A stretch of 64,000 nucleotides of DNA from NCBI GenBank assembly GCA_002633005.1, contig NMRA01000093.1, positions 762,505 through 826,504 of the forward strand, read 5' to 3'. The DNA is from Phoronis australis. Lineage: Eukaryota; Animalia; Phoronida. Under the pieces are notes generated by a model. It was not told the DNA's origin, searched no databases, and worked only from the letters and a program-made list of their open reading frames with translations. Of this stretch, positions 1 to 13,487 are shown one piece after another (the first letter of the stretch is position 1; each line of letters opens with the position of its first letter). Both the position numbers and the translations under genes were made by a program.

Positions 1-792
1 TTGAAAACGACCCAACATGTGTACGTCAGCCGTGTGTGGAATGAACAGAAGGTAAAGCTGCCTTTACCTGACCATGTACTAATTAACAGGAAGGCAATAT
101 GCTTGTTCAATAATTTTGGGTGATGGAGCTCTGATGAAAGTAATATGTGTACTGTTCTCCGAAGTACTTTTGGTGTTTGTTTTTTGAAATGTTCCTTTTT
201 TGCATAATATATATATATAGTATTTTCTTGAAAAACATCAACGGATTTTCAAAAGTTGCATAAAAAAGAAGCAAGGCCCTAATTAAGTATTACTGAAACT
301 GTAAATGTGTTTTGGAGAATCCATCGACAATATTTATATCAAAAGAAGTTTGGTCATGTTGTTTGTATTGTTGTTTTACAAGTATGTACATTCTTTTTTA
401 ACACAAAAGATCACGTCACTCCTTTGATTACATATTGGTATAAAGCTAAGAGTAACATTCTACAGCAGTACACTTTCAATGGGTTAAATGTTGTAGTTTT
501 GGAGACATTTGGATAAAGGCACTGATGTGCCTATAGTATTACATGAAACCTTAAAAGAAACCTTGTTAACAAAATACTTCATTATCGGCATATCTTTATC
601 TAATACTTGTTAGTTGATATGGAGAATTTTCATTTTCATCTTGCTCTGGAAATCATAATTTGCATTAATGGTTTTTGCTGTTTTGTTTTGATTTTAAATG
701 ATTAGAATGGTCTTTAAAAAGATTGATGTCGAAAATCTGTATTTAGCACTGGCATTGAGTGTGAGAGCTGATGTCATTGGGTTTCATTGTAG

Positions 793-3700
793 AGTGACGA
801 CCGCACGATACAGAAAAAGAGCTACCGTATCCTGGAAACCATCTGTGAATCTGAGTCCACAGCCAGTCTTGTCATCAGCTCACTGGCCGAGATACAGCAA
901 GTCCTCACAAAAAGTCTGTCTGCATCAGTGTCGTCTGCTAAGGCGGTGAGTTAGTGGCTCAGCTAGTCTCTCGGCTTGTGTAGATGGGTCTTTATCTTGC
1001 AATAAAGTAGTGACTGGGATTTTGAGTTACCACTGAGAGCATCTGCAGGTAACTGTTTCACTTAAATGTTTTTGGTCATTTTTCCCCTGTATACACTTGT
1101 GGTAGCATTAGTTACAGTAAAAATTTTGCAGTTTGGTACTGAAATTCAATCCAAATCAAATTTCTTCGTTCTGCAGATTGGGACATGGCCGATTTTTGTG
1201 TTCATCATATTTCTCAAGTATCTGGCACTGCATTTTTATCACAAGAGTCTGAAAGACTTGACTGTTCGTAAAGTCGGCTAAAATAGCTGCCAGGCAACTG
1301 AATGTTTTCAAATGTCCCCATAGCGCGTAGCGTCAAGGTGAATGATCCTCTCAAGGATTGGAATTTTCCTGTCTAAGAGGCTTTCCTCTTGTTTTGTTTT
1401 GATTTCCTCTTATTTGGTTTCCGGTTTCCTCTTTTTTGTCTGTTTTTATCATTATCTTTATTTTATTCATGGAAAAACATTTCAGTTAAATTTTACAACA
1501 CGATTAATATTTCTTTCACACAGGCCTATTTGTGGAACGATACATCACCTGGAAAAGTTTCCTCTTTTTTGTCATTTTGTCATTGCAAACTCTGTCCTTT
1601 GTAATTGATAGTAATTATTGAATTTGGGGTGGCCAATACTGTCTCTTTCTAAAATTTTATCTCTTGTTGAACACAAACTTTTTGCTTTGGAACGAGTTGA
1701 AAAGGTCAGAATGTTACTAATGTTTGATGAAACTTTCCCACATTGTTGCTGAATCTTCAATTGCCCATTTTTTTCTACAGCCTCGACTTCGATGTCTCAT
1801 TCACATAGTGCGTAAAGTATCAACGAATCAGCGGGACTTTGTCACGGCCGTCTTACCCGAGGCCATACTTTGCACACGAGAGGTCGCTGTTAAGGCGAGG
1901 GGAGCTGCTTACCTACTGCTGAACGAGATGTGTAACGCCGTGGTCAGGTGGTCAGATGGAACAGACGAAGGTAGGTGGTATAGTGTCTGAAGATGGGTGA
2001 GGGTTGGGCGTGAAATCTCAAAACACTCTGGGGATGTTCATGGCTGTTGTCACACCTTGTCTTGTCACCAAATGACNAGCGCGTAACGTCAAGGTGAATG
2101 ATCCTCTCAAGGATTGGAATTTTCCTGTCTAAGAGGCTTTCCTCTTGTTTTGTTTTGATTTCCTCTTATTTGGTTTCCGGTTTCCTCTTTTTCGTCTGTT
2201 TTTATCATTATTTTTATGTTATTCATGGAAAAACATTATTTCAGTTAAATTTTACAACACGATATTTATTTCTTTCACACAACAAGATATTTATTTCTTT
2301 CACACAAGCCTATTTATTTTTGGAACGATACATCACCTGGAAAAGTTTCCTTTTTTTGTCATTTTGTCATTGCAAGCTCTGTCCTTTGTAATTGATAGTA
2401 ATTATTGAATTTGGGGTGGCCAATACTGTCTCTTTCTAAAATTCTGTACAACGTCCAACCTCTCCCCCAAACTGGAGTACTTTTGCTTTGTGGCTTTTTC
2501 TAGAATTTAAGACTGGTTTGAAATAGATAAAACGTCTAAATTTTATCTCTTGTTGAACACAAACTTTTTGCTTTGGAACAAGTTGAAAAGGTCAGAATAT
2601 TACGGATGTTTGATGAAAGTTTCCCGCATTGCTGCTGAATCTCTAATTGCCCATGTCTTTTTCTACAGCCTCGACTTCGGTGTCTCATTCACATAGTGCG
2701 CAAAGTATCAACGAATCAGCGGGACTTTGTCACGGCCGTCTTACCCGAGGCCATACTTTGCACACGAGAGGTCGCTGTTAAGGCGAGGGGAGCTGCTTAC
2801 CTACTGCTGAACGAGATGTGTAACGCCGTGGTCAGGTGGTCAGATGGAACAGACGAAGGTAGGTGGTAAAGTGTCTGAAGATGGGTGAGGGTTGGGCGTG
2901 AAATCTCAAAACACTCTGGGGATGTTCATGGCTGTTGTCACACCTTGTCTTGTCACCAAATGACCATAAAATTTACGGTTAACATTACAGTTGGGAGATG
3001 CTTAGACAAAAACGTAATCAGTTTATTTGCCTGCAATTCAGTTGGACTTTAAAGTGCCTTGCCATGCAAATTGTAGTGTAAATAATTGAATGTTACAACA
3101 GTTAAATAGTGTCCATTTTACACTGATTACTTGATATTGTAACTGTGAACAAATGCAGCTCTTAAAAACTGGACGAGTTTATCTCTGTAGCTTGAGTGAT
3201 GCATAATGATTTGTTGCCTTGTGGCAGCAGATGGAGTGTAGAAGTTTAAAGCATAGGTTTTATTGTCTGTATTTTGTAAATGTGAATGCTCTTCATTTAG
3301 GTGTAATTCAGCTAAATCTGTGTTGCTCATTTCAGACAGTATATGTGATTTCTTCTCGCTGGTCTTGGCTGGTCTTGCTGGGAGACCGCACATGATATCT
3401 AGCACTCTTTTGGCTCTAACTTCTCTTGTACATAACTTTAAAGGTAAGTAGACAATATCTTTGTGCTCGTTGATAACGGCTCTGTGAATGCTTTCAGTGG
3501 TGTTGTGTATACTGGCCAATGAAATACTACTTTTTTCATTGTGCTGGATATCGTGCTTGCATGGCGTTACATCTGTGGTAGATAGAACTAGACTTGTGGT
3601 ATAGGTTGAACGTGTCGTTTTGACCCTGTTCTCTCGGTGCCCGTGTCTACTCATTGTTTCCTGAGAGTTGACTCAGTGAACTGCTAACATCCTGGGTCTT

Positions 3701-6700
3701 AGTAAGTGAAACAAACAATGTGTGTCTGTTGCAATTAAGGCTCGTTATAACATGATTTCCTTTATTAGAACTGTATTGCAAGGATGTTGCTTAGATCTAC
3801 AGTGTAACGTAAACATTTTAGTCAAATACAAGATCATGGTATGTAACTATATGAATCAATCTAACAAGTCATTTTTTGAAAAATTTGCAGTGCTGTTTTG
3901 CATGCGTCATTTTCATCATTTGTAAAAAGGACAATCAAGGTGGAATTATTATTTATGTGTTTTAGATAAAATCTCCAGTCAACTACTGGACCTCCTGGTA
4001 GAGAACACATGTCTGCTTCTTACCTCCAAGACTAGAGAGGTGGTGCAGGCCGCCCTGGGCTTCTTAAAGATGCTAGTGTCCAGCTTTCAAGATGTTGACT
4101 TGGGCAAGCATCTGGAGTTTATGGTAGGAAGACAGAAAAGAGAAAGGGAAGCGCTTCAGCTTTGCTGACCCTAGATTTTGTTTGGTGACCTGGGATTTTT
4201 GCCAAGTTGCTGAATGTGATTTGTCATTGAGCTAAGCTGTTTACTTTCTTCATACCACTTTACTGCACAACAGTGAACTCCTCGATGCTTATTTTAAAAA
4301 ACGATTCTCTTTTCTATCATTTGATGTGCAAAATTATAGAGTATCCCACTTTCTGTACTTAAAAGTCTGGCCTCTATGTTTTCAGGTTAAAAGTCTGGTG
4401 TCCATGAAACAGGATAATAAACATCACTTCAGGTTCAAGACGAAGGACTTGTTCACGAGGCTCATCAGGAAATTTGGGTAAGTTGGTCTTTGAAGCAAGA
4501 AGTAGAATTTGAACTTATTCTGTGGTAAAGTTTGGGGTTATAAATCATAGTGGTATGTTGTTTGACAATTCATGGTAATTATCTGTGATTATGTGTGAGT
4601 GAAAAATAAGTTGGTGTGACTGAGTCATGTTCTCTGTATAGTCTTCAGCTTCTGTTCTCTCAACAAGTGACTGGCTGGATCCTGGTGTTACTGAACACAC
4701 GCATGGACATGGTTTACAACGGCTTTCATGTGCTTTCAACAGGTACGAGACTATTCATGGGATGGTGCCGGAGAGCTTACAGCGAATGCTCGTGAATATC
4801 CGTAAAACGCAGGAGAGAGCCAAGAGGAAGAAGAAACAAGGTGATGAAGAGAGTGATGATGAGGAGACCAATGTGAAGCTGAAGACTCAGCCTGAGAGGT
4901 GAGGATGCATGTCTTGGTAGCGTGTCTCTGTTACGCATCTAGACGCTGGTTCAGAGACATTGTTCTATCCTCCAGGCTAGTCACAGTCTGGTTATGTCAT
5001 TCAATTGGAAGTCTGAGACATTGGAAGTCTGAGACAAGTTTGGAAAATGTTGAAAGCTACATTTTGCCCCCGTGTCTAGCTGGCTAAACACGAAAATTGA
5101 ATTCGATCTTTTTGTCTTAAAAAAACTGTCTCGTGATATTGCATGCCATTTTAGAATTATATTTCTGTTACAAACTCAGGTCACTGGCAATGCGTACATG
5201 TGCCATTTTGAAATTCACAAGTTTAGAGTTGGCCAACACCAATAAACTAAAAGCATTTTCATGAGTCACTGGTGGTTTTGATGTTCTTGTTGCTAACAAA
5301 CAAGATTCTACAACGGTAAGAAATATTACGAGTCCAATTTTTGAGTTGGACCAAAACTCCTAATTCCTAATAACGTTCTAGAGAGCAATACATCATAATA
5401 CCTGAAAGTTTGATATGAATCCGATCAGTGATTTCTGAGATATGATGTTCCGAAGTTAGTCAAAGTTGGACATTTTTGTAGGGTCCTACATAACTTAACT
5501 ATGTTTGTTATTTGTCAAGAATCAGGGCTTGGAATTTTCCTCTTTTAAGAGGATTTCCTCTTTTTTGATTTCGATTTCCTCTTATTTGATTCCCAGTTTC
5601 CTCGTTTTTGTCTCTTTTTTGTCATTATTTTGACTTTATTCATGCAAAAACGTTTGTATCAGTTAAAATATACATCACAAAAAATACTTCTAGCACACAA
5701 GCTTATGTATTTGTGGTACGATACAGTCACTTGGAAAATTTTCCTCTTTTTTTGTCATTGGTCATTCCAAGCCCTGAAGAATGTAATTATTTGTAAAAAA
5801 ATGTTGAATAAGGATTGCAGTCAAAGCACACTCTACCAGAGGTAAGGCAGAATATCTGAGTTTCGAAATAGCCGCAACATATTGAAATTCACTAACCTGC
5901 CAGACAGCGATCAGGTCTTTGGTGGACAGACATTCAGCGCCACCTACAGATCTCATATAATACGTACGGGAGGTTTCACCTACTGTTATCTCCGGCGTTT
6001 TAACACCTTTGCTGGTATTATAATAATTTCCACTGCTATGGAGTGGGGTGTACTAATGTCTTACAAAAAAGGCAAACCTTTTGAAATATCAAAGCATGAA
6101 CAAGGACATCCCGCTGCATACATTTCGCACTAATATCTGCAACAAAACCAGCGGTTGTGGTGATAAACCAGGAGAATTTCGATTCCAGCCGATGTAAAAA
6201 TTTTAAATAAATTCATTAATTTAAACTAATGAAGCGATGGAAGGGACTGACTGAAATTTGTACCTGTCCTTTAAATTAATGAACCACTTTGTAGTAATTG
6301 AATTTCTGTAAGGGCTGTTCCAGCAAAATCTGTATGGGAGGGGGGGAAGGCACTTTTATTTCGTACCCACCGCCCATATTTTTCATTTATTTCTCCAACC
6401 CATGACCCATAATTTTTTAATTATTTTTAATAGGTTAAAATATAAAATCCAGCACTTGCAAACAAATTGCCTCCAGGAGGACCTGTTAAGAACTTAGATG
6501 ATTGACAGACAAGAACTAGTTGTCTTGTCCAATGTTGTCAAAAACTAAAGTAGCCTGTGAGCAATACTTTTGGCAGCCACCAGGTGTCTCTGTTCACCAT
6601 GTGTCTATAATTTCAATGAACATTTTTTCAATTATAAGGATCTATGAATCTCAAACTGTCTCCACAAACTCTTTTATACTTCTATGTCAAGTGAATATTG

Positions 6701-9700
6701 GAACTTGTTTATCTTACTCCTCATACTTTTTATTTAAAAATCATCAATTTTCTTATATGTGTTAACACCAGTTTAGTGTTGCATAACTTTTCAATTCAAT
6801 AGGATTGCAGACAAGCTCTTGGCTCAAATCAAGTTGCCCATGACTTGATTAATGGCTTAGTGAACATATTGCACTCTGTTCACTGGCAATATGGGCTTTT
6901 TTGTATTGGGATAAGTTGAAATATATGCCAATCGCATTTTTTGAGTTTTGATTTCTTTGGAGATGTGTTGGCTGAATTAACCAACCTGTCAACGTTAACA
7001 GATCAAAAAATACTACCCATTTTTAATGCATCACTTCTTACAGGAACGACCACCCATAATTTGAGTTTTTTTCTGAAGACCACCACCCATGAATTTTTAT
7101 TTCTACTGCCGTCCCCCCCCTCCCACACGGATTTTACTGGAACAGCCCTAAGTGATTTTCATGCTGTCATTACTCTAGAGAGCACCAATGAAAAGTCCCC
7201 TATTTGTGTATTTATAATTCATGAGAAAATATTATAAGGGTGACATGATTTAAATTTCAACCATAGTAATTTACTTTCTGAAATATTTTAAATTATGCCC
7301 AATTGTTTTTACTGTGCTGCTGGCGAGACAGTTATTTGTCGATTTTATGTTCTTTCCCAAATTAGCATATTTCGTTGCAGCATTGACGAGCTTCTCCAAG
7401 ATTCTGACTCAGAATTGGATGAGAAACCTGATAAGATAAAACCAACAAAATCAGCGAAGAAGAAGAAGACAAAAGATGGCGCTGCTTGGCTGAAGGAAGG
7501 TGGTGATGACGATATTGTTGATTTCCTGGATCCTACTGTATCCAAGAAAGTTGTAGGTTAGTAGCTTCTGTTGTGTTTAGGACTGGTTTTATATTTATTT
7601 TTTATTTCAAAATATAAAATGAGATTACAAACATTTTTAAATCTAGTCTGCACGCCACTTGTTGGCCACTTCACATCACCGAACGAACATAAGTCTGTAA
7701 AGATTTCTGCCCCCTCCCCTCTGGGAAATCTTTTTAGACTTATAGTCATGAGATGGCATGATGTGACCAACATGTGGCGTGCAGACCAGACCTACGTTTA
7801 TACGCCGGTTCAAGATTTACTTATTTATGTAAAATGAAATTTTTATCAAACTTATTTAAATTATGTGTATAATGTTGTAATACTTAGTATTTGTAAGTTG
7901 AAACTTAAACAGCGAATTACAATAGATAATGAAGCTGACTTTCTATAACCGCGCCGAGGTGGTGACGTGTTACAACTATTATTAAAATCTCTTGGTCTAT
8001 TTTTACGGAGGGGAAAATCTCATAATGAAGCTGTAGCACTCTTTCATTGCACAACTTCTGTTTTTATAACTCCTGTGATGTTGTTATGTAAATAATGCAT
8101 GTGTCTCAAAAATGTGAAAAACGTGGTGATAGTGTCAGTTTGAATTTCGAATTGTCAGTGATTCTGATTCTGCTTTGGGGTGGTCAGGAAGTTTTGCTTG
8201 TCCTGTGAATAATAATCACAATAATATTTGGTAATTCTTATTACAGCTACGCAACCAAGTACTTCAAAACAAGCCAGAAAACAAGGTGATAACAAAGAAG
8301 AGGATCATGGGTTCAAACTGTCGGCAGACGGACGGTTGATCATCACAGAAATGAAGGACGAGAGTAAGCTCAATGTTGTGTCTGGAACACATCTTGTTGA
8401 AATTTTGTCTGAATCTTGGTTTTGATGCTTACTATTACACGTCTGTTAGAAAACATTATTTGGTAATTAGTAACTTGTTTTATGGTACTCCGCTTTCCAT
8501 GAAAGTTGTGTATCACTTGGAACTCATCAATGTTCATAAATATTAACTGTTCTGCAAATTACCCAAGGTCTTCCATTTTTCTGAGATTAGTAGAACCAAC
8601 TTGGCAAGTTATGTAAATGAAGATGTGAAATGGACTTAAGTGGGTCATCTTGAAAATGTTTACTGAATTGTGATGAAGCTTGGTAGGGTATATGGGAATA
8701 AGCGTGTTTGTCTGGTAGTTGGAGATTGCTGCCATAACCTGATATACTTCTGAGCATTTCACAAGACGCAGTTGCTTAACTTACATCTGAGTATAAAGGT
8801 TGCATGTTGCTGTTGTTGTTTTCAGGTGCTGATAAACCAAAGAAGTCCAACCCAATAGATGATGTGGATGAGTTAATGGACGCCATGAGCCACTACTCTA
8901 AGGTAAAAGTTCTCATTGTAATCAAAAGTGTGGTTTGTTTTTATACAGGCTTCAAAAACTGCATTCGCCTCAAAATCAGAGTCGCCAGGCTCACCAATGA
9001 GAAATCACCGTGACTTTCTTGAGTATGCTGGTGTTGTTTTTGCTTGGGACACTGAATACTGCAACACTGTCGTCTTATTGTGTGTTGTTTCAGTCACCAC
9101 AAATGCAAAGTCTCGCCATTTTTTATTTACCCATCTTAAAGACTTTGCCGTGATTGGATACTCTCCTTAGTGAGACCTGGAAATTTCCAGTGAAGCTGAT
9201 ATCTAAGCAACGGCTGATGAGCTTATTTTTATGAATTAATTACTGGTAATGCCATAATGCACATAACAATTTATTGTTGTTGCCATGGTCAAGGTCATTT
9301 TAAGTGTTAGTTTTTCATTAGACTGAAAATACTGTTTCATAGCAGAAGGTCCTCAACAGCCCCCATTGACTCTCTACAGGAAACAATTGTTTTGTTTTAG
9401 AAAGCTCACTAGAGGAGGTAAATAGTTGATGAATCAAAAAGCACATGACATTGCAGATACTTTTACAGAGTATGTGTTGGTGACTAACATCAACAATCAT
9501 GGGTCTTGTTGCCATTGAAAGTTCTTGCATTAAAATGTCAAAAATTTTAAAACAGTTTTGTTTGCTCATTTTTTTATTGCAATTGTTATTGTTTCTCCGT
9601 TTCACAGAAGAATCGCAAAAGGAAGTTGTCTGCAGGTGATAATGACGAAGAGGTGGAATCGATGCCCAAGTACAAAGGTAGGACTGTGACTTGTATCACT

Positions 9701-11699
9701 GTCTCGAGCAATCTTGTGATTAGATCGAGAAGTATGAGTCACTTTGGTTTTTGGATTTTATTATTTTTATTCATTTATTAAAAACGCAAAAGCAATGTAC
9801 ACTCACGTGTTCACAACACACCACACTCATGCTCGCGTATTTCAAGACCTGCCAACAGAATTAACACCCGTACGTACTCAAGAAAACAAAAGAACCAGGA
9901 CCATCTATTACTACATTTTTCGTATTCACGATTTCTGAAATGCAGATATTTTTCCCTGTGAATGGCTCCTTGAACATTTCGATTGAAGGAGAAGCATTTT
10001 GAAGCGGTAGATGTGTCATATTTTCCCAGACAGATGAGTAAATAAATTGTATCTGAGTTGTGTAATTTGCCAAAGAAAACGACTGTAGACGAGAGATCAA
10101 GTAAAGATTGTGTTTTAGCAAATAACCAATGACTGATTGCAAACCAGAAATAATTGGTCGCAACACAATTCCAGTAGAGATGGGTCATATTTTCTGATTC
10201 TTTTTTACAAAGTGTTCAGCGATTTGACTGCTTGACACCCATTTTGACAACTTCTTGGAAATTAATGTTTATTTGATTAGTTCTGTGTTAATTAACTTGA
10301 CTATAGGTATGTGCTAATGAACACCATGCTGTGTGTTCTCTATGGTAATCCTTTGTGTTGACACTATTAGTATGTTTACCTAAATGTTGCTGAGTGAAAG
10401 AGAATACACTCACCTGTCCCCTCATATTGCACAGTTACATGTTACATTTACTTGTTCTTGGTTATGAGGCTTAAGTTCCATCGCCATTTCGTTTTTGTTT
10501 GCCTCTCGCATGCAGTGTCCTGAGGCGGTTCTGTTCAAGTGCTCATAAAGCAAGACGTGTTTGTTCCCTTTCAGCTGGTGGTACCGGTATACACAGACCT
10601 CTGGGCAAGAACAAACCAGATGCTGGTTCTGAATATAGGTCAAAGGTCAGTTGTTGCTATAATGACTGGTTACTGTTACCTTTGTTGCGTGAAGTTACTT
10701 TTATGATTATTAGTATCAGTTGTAATTGTAATCCACTCTGATGTCTGGTGCGCCTGGTGTTTCACGTTGTTCATTTGAAGACTACTGGTGCTGTGCATAA
10801 AGCAGTTTGGACTTTGATGATGTGACGGTATGACTCAGTTTGGCCGGTAGAGTCAATTTTAGTTGTTCATTTCAGAAAGCTGGTGGCGATGTAAAAAAGA
10901 AAGGGGCGCCAGACCCCTACGCCTACGTACCTCTGAGCTTCCAAAGTTTGAATAAAAGGTACGTATTGTTGCATGAAGTTTCGTGGAGTTGAAGTACAAA
11001 AACTGATACCAGATGAATATCTTTCACGGCTACCATTTCATTAACACAAGCAACCATGACAAAGCATCGAGTGTTAATTGCGTTGCCTGTAAATGCTGCC
11101 TTACAGTAAAACTTGCCTAAGTTTGACATGCATAAGTTAGCTTTTTGCTTAACTTGGATGACGTTGAGCAGTGTCGTTGTACCAAGTTGTGCTTCGGACT
11201 CTTTAGATAAGTCAGATTTCACCCAATTCACAATACTTGGATGCAATCTCGCGGTCTGATTGGATCCGACGTACGCGACTTTTGCTGTACTCAACTAGTG
11301 TCTAGTTATGTGCCCACATATTTCTACAGGGGTGCTTATTGCCATAATTGTGACTGTTTACCATTATGTCCTACAAGAGATAGTTGCTGGATATACTGCA
11401 CTAGTCATCAATACCAGTTTGTGTCACACTCAGGTCTGTGACGCTAATAAATCTATGAAAATTGCAGCTCATTGGCAAATTTAAAAATGAATTGTTTGGT
11501 GGAGGCTTTGTGTGTTTTACTTGACTTTGATGTTTTTGTAGGAATTAATTGTCTTAACGATATCCTGTGCATTGACAGATTTGTTCTGCGTTCCAGGAAA
11601 CGTGCAAAAAATAAGGGTCAGTTTGCTAACTTGGTGAAGGGTGCGAAGAAGGGGGCATTGCAGGGGAAGAAAGCCAAGGCACGTCAGAATAAGAAGTAA
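793..11699 (+). CDS. RRP12: RRP12-like ribosome biogenesis HEAT-repeat protein, 3' part (13 coding exons; 5' exons lie upstream of the window)
   Basis: GT-AG exons with consistent phases: 793-945, 1781-1970 (duplicate copy 2669-2858), 3336-3443, 3966-4123, 4386-4477, 4743-4898, 7381-7556, 8247-8363, 8826-8902, 9608-9677, 10575-10645, 10876-10958, 11597-11699 (TAA). The spliced peptide includes [106 protein letters not shown]. These are motifs I recognise from the RRP12 C-terminus. Confidence 0.95.
1322..2964. repeat. Tandem near-identical duplication (1322-2076 / 2078-2964) around a single N; includes an RRP12 exon; probable uncollapsed haplotypes
   Basis: The copies abut exactly at the N at 2077. 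The exon copies differ only at synonymous sites (CGA/CGG, CGT/CGC); the introns differ by SNPs and indels. Confidence 0.85.
1352..1594. mobile_element. Older copy of the same MITE family (allelic copy at 2108-2381)
   Basis: Aligns over its length with 5523-5776. Degenerate TIRs CAAGGATTGGAAT / ATTGCAAACTCTG; flanks TCCTCT / TCCTTT. Confidence 0.75.
5523..5776. mobile_element. MITE, hAT-like termini with 6-bp TSD
   Basis: Perfect TIR CAGGGCTTGGAAT...ATTCCAAGCCCTG, flanked by the direct repeat AAGAAT (5517-5522 and 5777-5782). Confidence 0.85.
6312..7148. mobile_element. Non-autonomous PIF/Harbinger-like DNA transposon
   Basis: About 40-bp imperfect TIRs (GGGCTGTTCCAGCAAAATCTGTATGGGAGGGGGG / CCCCCCCTCCCACACGGATTTTACTGGAACAGCCC) with TAA on both sides (6309-6311 and 7149-7151). 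A 3-bp TWA TSD is the Harbinger signature. Confidence 0.85.
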
Positions 11700-11746
11700 T
11701 GATGTGAAGGTACCAGTCTTCAGCCGACTGTTAGATGACTTTGCCA

Positions 11747-11850
11747 TGGACTGGAGGGGAAACTGTCCTGGACTGGAGGGGAAACTGTCTTGGACTGGAG
11801 GGAAAACTGCCATGGACTGGAGCGGAAACTGCCATGGAGTGGAGGCAAAA
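11747..11850 (+). repeat. 22-bp minisatellite (TGGACTGGAGGGGAAACTGYCH) x about 4.7 in the RRP12 3' UTR
   Basis: Units start at 11747, 11769, 11791, 11813 and 11835. Confidence 0.9.
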
Positions 11851-13286
11851 TTTGAAGGCTGTGTTTAATTAGTAGATGGGGTTTACATATTCAGCACTTG
11901 CTTTAGTGTAAAATGTATCTTCGCTCATTCTCAGTTCTTAGTCTATAATTGTCAGTCAAGTGGTGCAGAGGGAACAGTTGACAGCTTTATTAAAAGTTTT
12001 CAAAAATTGTTGAGCCGGGCTAGTGTACAATACCTGGTAGACAAAGTGTTTTTTAACGCCTTCCTGTGTTCTCGAGCAAGACTTAGAAATCGAATGAGCG
12101 TCCATTTCTCTTGTGAATGTGTTAATCACCTGTATTTTATTTATTGTGTTTCACAACCACACATTTGTGAATTTGGTTTAACACATAGCTTTGTTTTGTT
12201 TGATAAGAAGTGTTACAGTATGCCTTTCTCACAGAGATGTGATTTATAAATGCTTCAATATGAGAGATATACAGAGCAAAGTGAATGCAGGTTGGTTCAC
12301 TGAAGTGTCTGTGGCGTGAAAACACTTGTGCAAAAGGGTTGTGGTTCTGTCTTGGAATGTTGAGCTGTTCTTGTTATGGTTAAATTGTACCTTGTTATAT
12401 CAAGGATTAAGTAACGAGCTGAACGTTGTGTTACTTGCAGGTTTGCAGGTCAAATATTTATTTTAAGCCGATTTGAACCTGTCTTGCTAACTGTTGTTTG
12501 ATGACCTTATACCATTATAAAGGCGGTAACATAAATGAATTCTGTTGATACAATGTTTTGATCACTCTGAGAAGTCGCATCCATGCCATAAATTGCCAAA
12601 TGTAACGAACGGCTAAACTTATCGACTTAAATTTGTCTGTCACAAGAATCCTTACATGGTGTTCAATTCAGATCCCCCAACTACTTCCAGTGTTTCATGA
12701 TCTTACTGTCATGCACTACGGTCATTGGTAAGAAAAAGTGACTTCCCATACGATTCGAGGGATTGCGTTTTCTTATACTTCAACTTGTTTCAATGAGATT
12801 CTTGGGCTTGAGATTGTTATCCAAAGCCAGCCTCACTAAGTGAGTTATTCACAGCAGACTGAATGTGCTCTCAAGCACCACGTAATTGTCATGTCTTCTC
12901 CTGTCTAGAATTATTTCATCAAAGTTAAGAACAAGTTGATGCGAGTTTTTGTGGTAAGTTGTCAAAATCAAAACTTTATTTTCTTTGTTCACCCGTGCAC
13001 TGTATATTTGACAGCTTAATGAATGTGTTGCCATTGGTAACAGCGTTGCCATTGGTAACAGTAATTAACGGCTTAATACCTGATACAAGTTCTTTGTGGT
13101 ATTTGAAGAGTTACTTACGCGTGCCACTCATTAAAGCCATGTACATTGAATGCAGTCCTCTGAAAATAAGCCTTAAACTATTCGTGTAATATATCAAACG
13201 CGTTGCCTATAAGCAAACAGTTGAAAGTCAGAGGTCACCACTGAGGTCAGAGTGCAGGAGTGAGTGGAGTTCAGGTTCTGTAACAA

Positions 13287-13292
13287 TTAAAG
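13287..13292 (+). terminator. Candidate RRP12 polyadenylation signal (ATTAAA)
   Basis: TGTA lies upstream and a U/GU-rich tract downstream. The T/G strand skew of the + strand ends shortly after this point. Confidence 0.35.
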
Positions 13293-13481
13293 TTTTTGCT
13301 TTGTGGTAACAGTAGATTTCCACCACTTACCTGCCCACTCTAATCCTGAAAAATTTGAAAACTTGAATTTGGATGTGCCTGTTTGTTCCAGTAACTGTAA
13401 AAGTTTGTGAGAGAACCTTCACACAGCTTTCTTAATTGGTTGACAGCAGATGAAAAACGAAAACATGAGAAAGTGTGGAAA

Positions 13482-13487
13482 TTTATT
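13482..13487 (-). terminator. Candidate XPO7 polyadenylation signal (AATAAA), implying a 3' UTR of about 3.1 kb
   Basis: TTTATT on the + strand, followed on the minus strand by a U-rich tract. It coincides with the skew switch. Confidence 0.4.

Noticed and set aside
3127-3654. Longest ORF in the track (175 aa, minus strand)
   Set aside because: It is antisense to an RRP12 exon and intron, with no recognisable domain.
8670-8753. Box C/D snoRNA candidate (GTGATGA...CTGA) in an RRP12 intron
   Set aside because: No terminal stem or recognisable rRNA guide; the C-box-like text is the reverse complement of the CCAAGCTTCATCAC-type motif common in the local repeats.
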